A program made the translations under genes and the position numbers. The notes under the pieces were generated by a model that saw nothing but the letters and a program-made list of their open reading frames with translations, was not told the origin of the DNA and did not search any database. A stretch of 64,000 bases of DNA, taken from positions 375,906,001 through 375,970,000 of the forward strand of contig OZ024740.1 in assembly GCA_964016885.1 (NCBI GenBank). The letters are read 5' to 3'. The DNA is from Eledone cirrhosa. Its lineage: Eukaryota. Shown one piece after another: positions 27,797 through 41,500 of the stretch; the first letter of the stretch is position 1; each line of letters begins with the position of its first letter.

Positions 27797-30700
27797 CCTT
27801 CAATCTCAGTCATTGATGTTAGTTAACTGGAATGTCCGTTGGAATGAATATAAAGCCACTACCTGCAGCATCAGATATTCAGGATTATCGGAGGGTTCTT
27901 GCTGTTCCCAGCAAGCATGCCTTTTGGAGCGTTCCAAAAAGCGTGAAGGGGCCGATTTTCTTTAACCATCCCTGGAAACTTTTGGAGTAAGTCCCCAGTG
28001 CGCCTATGAGAATCGGGATCACTTCGACCTCATGGCAGTTCCAAATCCTTTTTAACTCCCACTTTAAGTCCTGGTATCGGTTAATTTTCTCCCTCTCCTT
28101 CTCTTGCACTCTCGTGTCGAATGGGCAGGCCACATCCACAATCAGGCACGATCTTTTTTCTTTGTCCACAACCACCAGGTCAGGTCTATTGTGTTCCAGT
28201 TTCTTGTCCGTCTGTATCCTAAAATCCAACAGCACCTTCACCTGATCGTTCTCCATCACCGCCTCTGGCTTATGCTCATACCATTTCTCAGAATGTGGTA
28301 AATTGTTTACTTTGCACAGGTGCCAGTGGATCACCCTGCCCATCACATCATGTCTCCAGCCCTTATAGTAGGTCTGGGCTAGGTGTTTACACTCGGATAC
28401 AATGTGAGCCACAGTCTCCTCTCTCTCTCCACAGATCCTGCACAGTGGGCTAGCCTCCTCCTTGTAAATATGGTGTTTCAACCACTTCGTTTTGAGGGCC
28501 TGCTCCTGCGCAGCCATTAACATTCCTTCTGTAGCCTTTTTAAGGTCTCCTCTTCTCAACCAGTTCCATGTCTGTGGATCTCTAAATTCAGTTTTCCCAA
28601 AGAAGGTACTATGAAGGGATTTTTCCTTGAGGCTGTTCAGATGTGACTTCAATACGCTCCTTACTCTCCGAATGTATTCAGTTCTTAACAATTCCTTCAT
28701 TTTTTTGTTCGTATTGCCATCAGCCTCCAGAACGCCCAAATACTTGTATCCTTCCTCAGAGTCAATTTCCTTTATCATCTCACCTGTTGGTATCTGGATT
28801 CCGTTACTTCTGCTCAACCTACCCCTCCTCATCACAATGACCCCACACTTATTAATACCAAACTGCATACATATATCACTGCTGAAAATACGGACAGTGT
28901 CAACAAGCACATCCAACTCCTTCTCACTCTTCCCGAAGAGATTAAGATCGTCCATGAAGAGGAGGTGATTGATGGTAAGCCCTCCCTTTCCCAACCCGTA
29001 TCCTGCTCTCACTTTTCGCAGTACACTCGTCAGCGGCATCAGGGCAAGGACAAACAACAGAGGGGACAGGCTATCTCCCTGGAAGATACCTCTCTTGATC
29101 TTCACGCTTCCCAAGGATTCTCCACCCGATGTTAACTCTGTTTCCCAGGACCTCATTCTCTTGCCCAACAACTGTCTGATGTTATCTGCCACCATGAAGA
29201 TCTCCAGGCTTTTGGTGATCCAAGAATGAGGCACCATGTCAAATGCCTTTCTGTAGTCTATCCATCCCATGGCAAGATCAGTGTGTCTCCTCCTGCAATT
29301 CCTCATTACCATCTTATCAATAAGTAACTGGTCCTTTGTACCACGTGACTTCTTTCGGCATCCTTTCTGTTCGTCCGGTAACAAGTTGTTTCTGTGGAGG
29401 TGATGGTAGATTTCCTCAGACACAATGCTCGTCAACAGTTTCCACATTACGGACAGACATGTGATAGGTCTATAGTTGGTAACATCATTACCCTTGATTC
29501 GGTCTTTCATTATCAGAACTGTGATACCTTTTGTCAACCACTCTGGTACCTCACCTGACATCAAGCAGTCATTGAACATGGTTGTCAGTTTCGGGTGGAG
29601 GGATGTTATATTTTTAATCCAATACCCCTGCACACCATCTGGGCCTGGTGATTTCCAGTTGGTTAGTTTTTTGGCCTGCCCCTTAAGAGTTTCAACTGTG
29701 ATACTCAAATCAGTTTGTTGGTGTGCCTGCTCACCGATCTCCCTCTGTACTGTCTCAATCCACCCTGCTTGGTCATTATGTCTAACATCCTGCTCCCATA
29801 TTCCTCTCCAGAATGTTTTAGTTTGTTCCAACTCAGGGATCAAGGCGTTACCTCTTTCTTTCCCCTCAAGCTGTCCAAACAGCATCTTCAGGTTGTTGTC
29901 GAACATGCGGTTCTGTTTATACTGACTGACTCTGTTCTCGTATCGCCTGATTAGTTACTCAAGCTTTCCAATATCATTTCTCATTTCCCTGATTTGACCA
30001 CTCAGTCGTTTCTTCCACCAAGGCTCTGCTCTTTCTTGTCTGTTGTTTCCTCTCGCTTTTATACCAAGTAATTTCCTCACCGTATTTGCTGTTGCTTTGA
30101 GCATATTGTTGCACTGGTGAAGGCTCCTCGCCTCAAGGTATGGGATGACTTTGTTTACCTTAGTTGTTGTTTCTTTTAACCTTTTCCTGTCTACAAATCT
30201 TAGGTTCATAGGTCTCCCACTATCATTGTTGAATTCATCTACCACTAAATTTAGGATGTCAACCGAATCTTGTCCTAGCCCGTCAGCATTCATCTCCCCA
30301 GTGGCCGTATCTCTGTTCCAGGTATTATTTATCTCAGTATTCAGATCATTGTCTGCTTCGGGTGGTTCCTCCGTTCTCTCGACCTCTTCACCTTCATTTC
30401 CCACTGGCTCGTTTGCCTGGCATACTCCACCCTCCATCTCCAAGCTAATCTCTCTGCTCAGTTCTTCCAGTTCCAGCTCGCTTATCCATCCATTAGTTCT
30501 TATTACCCGAGCCTGCCCGGCCAATTTTTGTTCATCTAATTTAAATAGACCAATCTCGTTCCAGATGTTATGCATCCGTCTCCTATAGCCCCTCTCCTTG
30601 GGGTTACTTTTCAGGTAACATTGCATAACAGTACTATTCAATTCTTTCGTCCAGTTGGTTCTGGTCCCTTTCCTTCTTCTTCTTCCTCCGACACCAGCAG

Positions 30701-31666
30701 TATTTGGTTGACAGCCAGGTTCCTGCTGCTGAGCCAGGGAGCACCTGTTGGGTGAGAGTCTGTCACATGACGTTCTAGTCTCCATTTCACCGTTATTCGA
30801 ACTGTTTAGGTTCGATATTTAAACACTCTTATCGAGGATTGGCGAATGTATGGTTACATAACCATCTGTGGATTCACCGTCTCCGGTGGTTGAGCCGCTC
30901 CACTTGGCTCTTGTGTGGCAGCAACTAGCAGGAAGCAATGGGAGAGAATAGCGGCGGTAGCGATACTGAGAACAGTGGTGGTGGTGATGTCGATACTGAG
31001 GCAGTGGTGGTGGTGATGTGATCGTATTACTGTAGTGATGGTGTTGTAGCGGTGGTAGCAATGAAGGAGTGGTGGCGGCGGTGATGGGATAGTGGTAGTA
31101 ATGATGGATGGGCGGCGTTGTCGTTACTGATGTTCGGTGAATCTATGGGGTTAGTCGCGTATATGTGTTGACATAAATTCCCTTAATGTTGGAAGTAAAC
31201 ATTTTGTTAAAACTTGGGACAATAATAATAGTATTTATTATTATCATTATTATGTTGAGATTGGTTGTGGTGGTGGTGAAATTGCCGTTATCTGGCTGTT
31301 GTGTTTAGTGTATACAGAGATGTGATGGGGTAGGTGGTGTATCTAGTTTCTGGTGTTGGTGAGATTGGTGTTGTTTGGCTGTTCAATATAGAGTAGACAG
31401 AGGAGGGGGGGTTCTTCTTCTTCCATTTATAGCCATTTTCTTTTTTGAATATACAATGTACAATACAAAGTTGAATATTTGAATATTTGAGCCTTATAGG
31501 AATATATTTTGGGTCCGAATTTTTGGTGGGCTCAAGCCGGATGCTTTACGTAGCATTTGTACTAAGAGTTGTTATTCCACAAATGATTTAAATATGTTAA
31601 AAATTCAAAACTTACGGGAGCGATTTCATGACCTTCTACCACATCGTGCGTCTTCTTCCCTTCCCT
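27797..31666 (-). mobile_element. R4/Dong-clade RLE retrotransposon, copy R2 (probably full span, internal deletions)
   Basis: ORFs 29955..30785 and 27885..29906. Low-complexity N-terminal region and ~230-nt 5' leader. Same family as R1. Bounded by (TAA)n. Confidence 0.9.
27885..29906 (-). pseudogene. RT + CCHC + restriction-like endonuclease of R2 (673-aa open segment, thumb region deleted)
   Basis: KSPGPDG, QGDSLSP, FMDD, YKYLG, CRICGEREETVAHIVSEC, RHD, NRPDLVVVD, DVACP, EREKINRYQDL. Confidence 0.9.
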
Positions 31667-31667
31667 A

Positions 31668-31707
<40 letters not shown>

Positions 31708-31708
<1 letters not shown>

Positions 31709-32460
31709 AGTTGCATTTATCTTGCTTTATGTTCATACGAGTTATCACCAAGTTACAACCAGTGACCTCAAGAGACAACAAGGTCCGCCATGTTCAAGAA
31801 AGAACATACATATTCACACATGCATCTTTAGTGTTTAGACTTGTGATGTACTTATATTGACAGAATCTTCCTTAGTATATGGGCAGTTCCCATTAGTAAT
31901 ATCTTTTGTATTTCTATACGCGGGTTTCCTGGGATTTGCGATATGTAATCATTAGACCCCTTAGGTATCATTCCCAGAGCGCCTACAACCACTGGTATTG
32001 TTTTAGTTCTCAATTTCCACATTTTTCCAATTTCTATCTCCAGGTCCTTATACTTGCTCAATTTTTCAAATGTTTTTATAGATACATTCTTGTCTATTGG
32101 AACAGACATATCAATTAGCAGGCATACCATCTTTTGAAAGTCTTTCAATATTATATCAGGTCTGTTTGCATTTATTTTTCGGTCTGTTTGGATGCTAAAG
32201 TTCCACAAGATTGAGATGTGATCTTTTTCAAGTATGGGAGGTGGTTGATGCACCCACCAATTCTTTTGATGGGGCAGGTCAAAATGCTTACACATTATCC
32301 AATGTATGTATTGTGCAGCTCTGTCATGCCTGTTTAGGTATTCGGTTGGAGCTATAGGACTGCACATTGAAATTATATGGTCAATGGTCTCTGGTTGTTT
32401 TTTGCATACACGGCATAATGGGCTGCACCCATTTTTTATTATGTTGGCTTGGTAATATTT
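31708..32460 (-). mobile_element. R4/Dong-clade RLE element, second family, 3' fragment (R3)
   Basis: ORF 31852..32367 reads YLNRHD...NRPDIILKD...IDMSVP...EKLSKYKDL...IPVVVGALG, with upstream CRVC knuckle. Its 3' UTR differs from R1/R2. Confidence 0.88.
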
Positions 32461-32462
32461 TG

Positions 32463-32506
<44 letters not shown>

Positions 32507-32515
32507 TTATTTTAT

Positions 32516-32704
32516 AGAGCGGTGGATTGGCAGTATCGGTAGAACATCGGACGCCATGCTTTGTAGCACAGTTATGTCCCTTTACGGACTGAGTTCAAAT
32601 CCCGCCGAGGTTAACCTTGCCTTTCATCCTTACGGGGTCGATAAAATATAGTACCAGTAATCCACTGGGATAATTGCTGGCCTTGTGCCAAAAAGTAGAA
32701 ACAA
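32516..32704 (+). mobile_element. tRNA-derived SINE inserted in (ATT)n
   Basis: A box tggcagtatcggt, B box gagttcaaatcc (32591-32602), body gcctttcatccttacggggtcgataaaat, tail ggccttgtgccaaaaagtagaaaca(ATT)n. Confidence 0.9.
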
Positions 32705-32727
32705 TTATTATTATTTTATTATTATTA

Positions 32728-32792
<65 letters not shown>

Positions 32793-35700
32793 GGCGACCT
32801 ACGTAGTAAATCGTATTATCGTGAGCTCCGCAAAGGTTTGTTATTTTCAGTTGTTTAACATTGCCATTATTGGAAAATGTTTATTGTTAACTGTATATAA
32901 GTGCACATACATTGTTTTCTGAAAGGACACTCAAAAAGATTGGGGCCTTGAGCCCAAAAATTAAACTTTTATAATTATCAAACAAAAAAAAAATTCTTTG
33001 AAAAATCATGGCCGACTCACAGCTGAACCCAGTAGCTGAGAGCCTTCCTTACAAACTAACACCTCGCACCGACACCACCATTGTAAATATTACTACGTTT
33101 GCCAACACTAAAAATATAAGCAGTAGCAATATTTAATTTTGTCTCAGGCAGACATTCATTTCCCGCCATTACCAATGACTGCAGGTGTTGAAGCAGCCAC
33201 CCCCACCACCACCACAACGACAACAGAAACAAAAGAAAAAAATAAATTATCTCGTGATATCGACACGAATTCAGCCAAAATGAACTCTTCCACACCGAAC
33301 ACCACTGACGGCACCACAACTGAAACTAAAATTAACAATAAGAAAAATAACGATAACAACAACAGCAACAAAGAAATTAAGAAAACAACCCAGTCTTTTG
33401 CCAGAGTAGCAAATACGTGCGAAGCATTCCAGGTAACTCAGGAGGAATTAGAAGAAGCAAAAAAAATGGTAAAGAAAGATGGGTACAGGGTCAGACCCCC
33501 TCTCCCGAACACACACACACACACACACACCTAATAAAATGGAGCATCGGCGCTTATGCACCGTGTCTTATCGGACGATTAACATAAAATCGCGCCGAGT
33601 GAAACGGGCATCCGAGTCCCAAATCCAAAAGGCTTTGGGACATGTGTGGTCCAGAAAAACCCACATCAAACGTGGGCAGAAATATGGAACCGTGGACGTG
33701 TTCTTTGAAACACCACAGGAGGCCAGAGAACAATCCATGGCTCCAGTAAGGAGTGACGACTTCACACTCGTCCCAAGCTATTGTGGCTAGAGACTCGTAA
33801 CCATCAGGGTGACCCACGTTCCACCGGCCATCAAAATTCCCTGGCTAATGGCTGCCGTCCTCGCCGGCATCGAAGCCAACACCAAGATAATCGAAATAGC
33901 GAAAGAAAAGCAGGAAAACTGGTCCGGATCTGGGATGGAGCTCCTGATCCAAGCGGACCAAAAACAGCATTGAAGAGATCCCAGAGGTAATAGACCTCAC
34001 TGACGGCAGCTACCTCACCGTAATCGTCGAGGGCAGAAGGCCCAGGTGTGTCGTTTGTGGTGAAGGAACCTACCTAAATGCTTTCTTCCCTCAGGATAAA
34101 AGGTTGAGGCCACCTCTCTTACCCACCCCAGTGACTCAACCATCAACACCACCAGCAGCAGAAATGGCAGCTACAACAGAAGCAACTGTAACAGCAACAA
34201 CCTCAGCAATAGTAGCAAAACCAACACCACCACCACCCAACGCGCCAGAACTAGCACCATCGCCTACACCATTCACCACGCCACAACCAAAACCAACGCC
34301 CGTGGAGGAGTTTCCACTCCCCGACCTATCGCAACTGGAGACAGATTGTGACGACGAGGAGTGGGAAACGGTATCAGATAAAAAGAAAAAAAGAAAAAGA
34401 AACCAAAAAAGCAAAACATCCCCTTCTTTCCCCCTCCAAAAACAAAATACAGAGGGAAACAAATAAATTATCAAACAAAAAAGTAAGGACAGCTATGCCA
34501 CCATCCACACCAGCATCACAAACCCATCACCACAAACACCAACGCCATCACCATCATTAACCCCAACACCACCATCACCAACACCACAAAAGTCACCAAA
34601 AAGCGAAACAGAAACAAACCCTCAATAAACGAAAACAAAACAAATCGACCAAAACGATACACACTACACAGCATTAAATTTGAACAACAGCCAATTATTA
34701 CACTACATCCAACACAACACCAGCATCACAGAAAAAGACTACACAACATCCAAAAGTTCACACCACCTCCACGCATAAAAATATTTCGCATCACACAGAA
34801 AACGTACACGGCACTAAAACAAAAATTCCCCAAAGACATCGGAGACTTCCGACAAACATTCTCCAGGAGGATTTATAAGAACATGCTTCCGGAGGAGGCC
34901 ACAAGCAGTGAAAAGGATGGACTTACCCTCCTTCCTCTACGTGAAGTAGGGTAAGTGGTCTTTCCCATCTTTTCCGCTCCATTTCAACATGACCTCACTC
35001 AGAATAGGCAGCATAAATGCGCGTGGCTTGGGGTTGTCATGGAAGCAGGGCCACCTGCTCAACGACCTCACTAAACATAGATATAGTGGCCATCAGCGAG
35101 ACCAGAATGTCCGAAGCACGGGCCTTCGAACCGATCTTCGGCGGCTACGATGTGTACGCATCTCCCACCCGTCTTGGATCGGGGGGGGGATGTCGCTTTT
35201 TCGGAGAGGTTTGGATATCGCCATACGGGCAATCTACCTGGACCCGGAGGGTAAGTTGGTGGTGCTGGACGTAACCAGCGGAGACGGGCAAGCTTTCAGG
35301 CTAGTGGCTGTCTATGCCCAGACAGCCGCAGGGCGGCCTGATTTCTTCCGGCCTCTGGAGACCTTTCTTGGAACGTCCCGCTCTTTAGTGTTAGTGGGCG
35401 ACTGGAACGGGATCTTAGATGCACGCTGGGACTGTGTTGGATTAGCAGATAGGGGGGAGGGTGCAAGAGCCTCACCAACCTGCTCAGGCGTTTATGAACT
35501 GTCTGACAGGTACCGATTGGATTTCCAGAATGTGCCAATGTGGACTTGGACAAATCGCATAGGGTCATCCAGATCATATCTAGATAGAGTATTTTGTAGG
35601 GAAATAGATAGGTCTAGCATAGGCTGTCCACAATTCAAGATAGTCAGCTACACGGACCACAAATTCGTGATCTGTGTGCTTGACGTAGATAGGCTTCATA

Positions 35701-38506
35701 GACGAAGACCCGGCTACTGGAAGCTAAACGCGTCCTTACCAGCGCGCAAGGCCTACAGAGACCTGATTAGCAAACTAGTTAAGCGGGCGTTGACGGGGGC
35801 CAGCTTCAACAACAAGTGGTGGTTTGCTCTGAAAAGAGCGATTAGAATAGAGTCCATTAGGTTCAGTAAGGCTTTAGCAATAGAGAAAAATAGAGCAGAG
35901 GTAGAACTAATTAGAAAATGAGACGAGGCGCTTAGCAAAGGCATCGCGACCGACGTATTTGCAGCGAAATTGGCCCTTGACCAATTCTTCAATGCAAAGC
36001 ACGAAGGCTGCGTTGTCAGAGCTAGGGTGCGTGCTCTAAGACACGAGGGGACAAAAGCCGTTCAATGGGCCCGAGTGGCGGAGGCGCGTCGTGGCAACAA
36101 AAACCACGATCCGGTCTTTGGTGGACCACGACGGGCGCATGCTACTCGATCCCGGGCAAATGTGTGAAGCTTTTCAACGACATTTCGCTCAACTGTTCGG
36201 GGGCAGCGGCGGGCCGGATCGATGGATGGACTTTATTGTCTAACTCGATGGGCTGCCGCGGCTCTCGGCCACTGAGGTGGAGTGTTGCGCAAAGCCGATA
36301 ACAGCCGCTGAAGTACGGGAGGCAATGACTGGCTGCACAAACGGTAAATCGCCTGGTTTGGATGGTCTGCCCTATGAACTTAACGTACAAATGCCAGACT
36401 TGTTTGGAGCCTCTTGGCGGACGTCTACTGCAACTGGCAACAGAACGGGAGTATTCCCAGCTCTGATAATTTTAGTTCCATAATTCTGCTAAACACAGAG
36501 TTCAAGATTTTCGCCAAGGTGCTAGCAAAGAGGTTGGCGCTTGTCGTTGGTGGTCTGCGCCATTCCCGACAGATCCATCCACGACAACCTCCACCTCATG
36601 CGATACATCGTAGAGAGTGTAGCTAGGGAAGCTGGCACGGGTGGGTCTTTGATAAATTTAGATCAGTCGAAATCTTTCGATAGGGTCGACCATCGTTACC
36701 TAGCGCTAGTCCTGAGGGCGGCTGGCTTTGGACCCGTCTTCAGAGGCTGGATCGCTGTCATGCAGAGCAACATCTGCTCTGTGGTGAGAGTGAACGGTCC
36801 CCTTTCGGAACCGTTCAACACCATGCGTTCGGTCCGTCAAGGATGTGCCCTCTCGTCCCTCTTGTACGGATTGACTCTCGAGCCATTACTGCATGAACTG
36901 GAGACGGTGAGGGGGATCCCGCGCGAACTAGGATGCTGAAGATCCGTGTCAGCATATGCGGACGATGTCACCGTAGTGGTGTCGAACAGCCAATCACATC
37001 GAGGCGATCGGCACTACATTAAGAGAATACGAAGCGGTGACAGGAGCAATGATCAACCAGAAAAAGTCAGTGGGCCTGCAGCTCGGCACCTGGAGAGGCA
37101 GGTCTATGCCGTCCAAAAGCGTCGTCGGGCGCTGGACGGACGGACCGGTTAAATTGCTAGGGGTCTGGTTCGGTCCGGAAATCCAGACGGAAAAAACTGG
37201 GTCGTGGTGACGAGCAGGGTGGCTTCTCTCACCCAGAAATGGGCGGAGAGGAAGCTATCCCTGAAAGGTCGAGCGTATGTGGTTAACGCGTACATCGCGT
37301 ACATCATCTACTACCGCCTGACCCTCGTACCTTGCCCTAAGCCCCTCCTGACTGCGCTGGAGCGTTTGCTCTTTCGCTTTTTGTGGAAGGGACGCGCTAC
37401 GATGGTCTGGCGGTCCATCTGCTGTCAACACCCGCTACGTGAATGGCTGGGCATGCCGTGGCTGATGATGCGCAGACACGCGTTCAGGCTACGACGTCTC
37501 CACCTCTTCCTCGAGGGTGCTCAGGTGTGGTCGCCGTTTGCTACAGGCGTCTTTCCTTGACGGAGCTAGTCCTGGATCAAGCGAAGACCGAGAGGGAGCG
37601 CTTGGTGACTGGAATGTCTTCAGGCGCTCACAGCCCTCGACCAATCGGGCAATGTGATCGGTGGAAACTCCACCTTGGCGTTCTATAGAGGATTAGTGGA
37701 GGGGAAGAGCGACCACGTACTTTGGGGAACTCTAGGCGTCGACGAAAATCAACTAGCCACTCTCTTCGGAAGAACTTTCGGGCCGGGGCCTATGGACAAC
37801 TTCCAGAAATCCCTGGCCTGGCAGTGCTACCGAGGAGCTTTGCCATTTCGGGATAAACTCTACAGGCATGGAGGTGCCGTCAGCTGGGCATGTCCGAGAT
37901 GCGCGCAGGGCGACGAAACCGTCCTGCACGCACTCGTCCAGTGTCCGAGCATTGCTGACTTGTGGGTTTATGTCGAACACCTGCTGTCGCGTGTAGGAGG
38001 GATCCAGCTATCAGCTGAGTCCATCGTGAGGATTGCCCCACCCTCTTCCTTTAGCCGGGAAGGGCAGGCAGTTTTTATCTGTCTGGTGGCCATGGCGAAA
38101 GAGATAGTATGGTGGAATCGTTTGAAAGGGCTGAAGACGAGCACTTCCCTCTTCGGTGATGCCCTGATTAACTTTTCAAATTTCATTTGAAAAGGAAAAT
38201 CAGGGTAGAGAGGTAAGTGCTCTCTTTCCAGCATTTTGTTGAAAGATGGGTGACAGAGGCAAGAATGTGCCTGTAAAATGAATGTAGAAAACTGGGTCAG
38301 GGTCACTGTGGCTTTTTAATGGGCGATCTCCACGAATGTCCCTCGGAAGTCTCGCCCTATTGGGGAATTTTTCATTGTTATTTTTTTGTTACATCCTCTG
38401 TTTTTGTTTTTTTACACGCAGAAATGCCCATTTGTACCGCCCTGTATTGTCCTGTACTGTCCTTAATGTCTATTTTATGTAAACCATTGTGGTTAATAAA
38501 GAAATC
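32793..38506 (+). mobile_element. Tx1/L1-clade LINE family A, copy A2 (full length, degenerate)
   Basis: Collinear with A3. ORF1 from about 33008, ORF2 from 34989. Multiple frameshifts and small deletions. Confidence 0.93.
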
Positions 38507-38521
38507 ATTATTATTATTATT

Positions 38522-41500
38522 GGTCTAAGCGGACGTATTTTGCTCGCTCACAGTAAGTCGCTTTATTTGCCTGTTACAATTATTTGTTGTTAAATATTTC
38601 TTGTTGTGTAAGGGATATAAGCCCTTAGACTTTGTCCCGTGAAGGGGAAAGTATAATATTTGGGTCTTTTGGGCCAAATATTTGAACTTTTTTTTACATG
38701 TTAAAAAAATTTACGAAGAAAAAAAAACTTGGCTGAGCCACGCCCCTCAGCGATATGTCGGCTGTCGTGCGACAACGACGTAAAAGTTGAGAGGAGCGCT
38801 ACAGCGAAATTAACACACATTGATAACACAAACACCACCACAAACAAGGTAAACAAAGACACCAATGATACCAATAAGAACACTAATTTTGAAAAAAATG
38901 ACAGAAACAGCGACAACGAAAATACAGATAACAAAAAAAAATAACAAATACAACAACAATATCAACACACCTAACATGAAAACGAATAGCGACAACACCA
39001 ACAGCAACAATACCAACTGCACCGAGAACAACGGTGGCAACAAAGACAACAATGATAACAGCGACAGTGCTAACAACAACACCAACAAGAACAACGACAA
39101 CAAAACCTCCAACGAAAACAAAAAGAACACTTTCGCTGCGGCAGCAGCAAAAAAGAGGCCAATTCATCAACATGGACCTCGCAAACAAAGATGAAAAGTT
39201 GGCCCAGGCATGGAAGCTCATCAAGCAAGAGCAAACTTGGGCCAACTTAACTGTCCCGGTAGAAGCTATTGAGGCAGTGGAGCGCAAAACGGTGCATTAT
39301 AGATGTATCTCAGCACAAACCAAAAGGGCAGCTTTAATCCCACAAGAAGATGTCGAAGTCGCGCTGAGGTGCATCAGAGAAGACACCCAGTACATAGAGA
39401 GGGGCAGACAGTACGGCACCATTTCGGTGTTGTTCAAGTCAGGAGCCCTCGCTATGAAACACGCTATGACTTCTTGCAAAACCGGCAAGGTGATAATGTA
39501 CCCCCTCCCACATGGGAAAATGAACGGCCCGTCTCCACATTCCCAGAATCCCACCAGTACTTGACATGTGGTGACTTCTGGTATGTGTGATTGTGGAGGG
39601 GACGGATACAGTCCCTATAGAAGTGACCAGAACGGCCAGAGAGGACTGGTCCGGGGTTGACCTGGAGATCCTTCTCCAGATCTGGCCCGAGAATGTGAAG
39701 TCAATCCCAGACCGCATCCGCCTTCAGAATGGGACAGTCATTCACATTATGACCGGAGGCAAAAGGCCGCAGTGTTTTGTTTGTGGGGAAAATAAATCAT
39801 TTGCGAGCCTTCTGCCCTCAACTGCTGAAAGAGGCAAGGGGTCGAAAGGCTCCACTACTGCCGACGCCGGGGCGAGGACCACAACCAACACCAGCACCGG
39901 CAAAACCACCAACAACAACACAAATAGAAAGACCACCACCAACATTGACCACCCAGGGGGGAAACGAGGAAAGCTGTCAAAGTCCCCCTCCTCCCCAAAA
40001 AACCGTAACCTACATACAGACAGACACACTTACAGACACAGACCCCTCATATACCAGTAGTGAAAATGAGGGAAATCAAAAATCCCCCAAAATACAAAAA
40101 AGGAAACACAAAAAGAAAAAATAACTCAACAAAGCACCCACAATAAAAAACGCAGACACCACCCACGCAAACATCTCTCCAATAACACCAACATCAACAC
40201 CACCATCACCATCACCAGAATCCCCCAAACGCAAACAACCGAAACAGACGCAAGAACAAATATAGACACAAACATCTGAAACCACAGACACCGCACTCAC
40301 AACAAACACAGATACAACCGAAACAACACCACCAAAACCATCACCTCCACAGCCACGCAAACAAATAAAATCACACCAACAAAACATACAAAACTTCGTG
40401 CTCGTCAGGAGGGCCAACAAGGAAATGATGGCTCTCGTAGCACGAAGTGAAAATATACAAAAAGAGGGGGACATTTTTAAATCGAGCACATTTCGCGTGC
40501 CGGAAGATTTGGTACTGGTGCGAATGCCGCTCGACATATTCAAAGAAATACGAGACAGCTTTCCTCGGGACATGGGAACCCCGAATGTAAAACCCACATC
40601 AAGACTTTTAAAGGGGTTCCCAAAAGAAATCCCACTAACTATGGAGGTCGAACAACCCGACCTTCATAAGAGCCCGGAAGGTAAGTAAACCTTCCTCTCT
40701 ATCTGTTTAACCTGCCAACATGGCCGTATTAAGAGTAGGATGTTTAAATGTTCGAGGCCTGGGATCGTCCTGGAAGCAGGGTCACCTGCTCAACGACCTC
40801 AGGTCTATAGAAATGGATGTAATTGCAGTCAGCGAGACCAGGATTTCCGACACGCGCGCACTAGCCCCCATTTTCGACGACTATCAGATCTTTGCATCTG
40901 TTAGCCGGCCGGGAATGGGAGGCGGGTGGCAGTGCTGTTTAGGAAAGGCCTGGATCTCGAGGTAAGGTCGATCTTCCGGGACCCGGACGGGAAGTTGGTG
41001 GTCCTGGACGTGAACAATAATGAAGGTGGTGCCTTTCGACTGGTGGCCGTCTATGCTCCTACTGGGGAAGGACGGCCGGACTTCTTTAGACATATGGAAG
41101 CCTTTCTGCGTACGTCTCGCCCTTTACTGTTAGCTGGGGAATGGAACGGCATCTTAGACGAACGCTGGGACAGTGTGGGAGTATCCGATAGGAGCGGGGG
41201 GTGCAAAATCCTCAAGTACCTGATCAGCCAGTTCCAACGATCTGACGGGTACCGACTAGATTTCCCTAATGCGCCAGTGTGGACCTGGGCTAACCGCATA
41301 GTGTCATCTAGATCGTATATAGACAGGATATTCATTAGGAAAATTTGACAGAAATAGTGTAAGCTGTCCACGTTTTGAAACGGTCGCCTATGCAGATCAC
41401 AAGTTTGTGATCTGTATGGTCGACCTAGATAAGACGCGTAGGTTAGGACCTGGTTACTCGAAGCTAAACATGTCATTTCCAGCACGTAAGGCTTACAGGG

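Noticed and set aside
32516-32610. tRNA gene
   Set aside because: A and B boxes are present but there is no clean cloverleaf, and it continues into the SINE body and tail.
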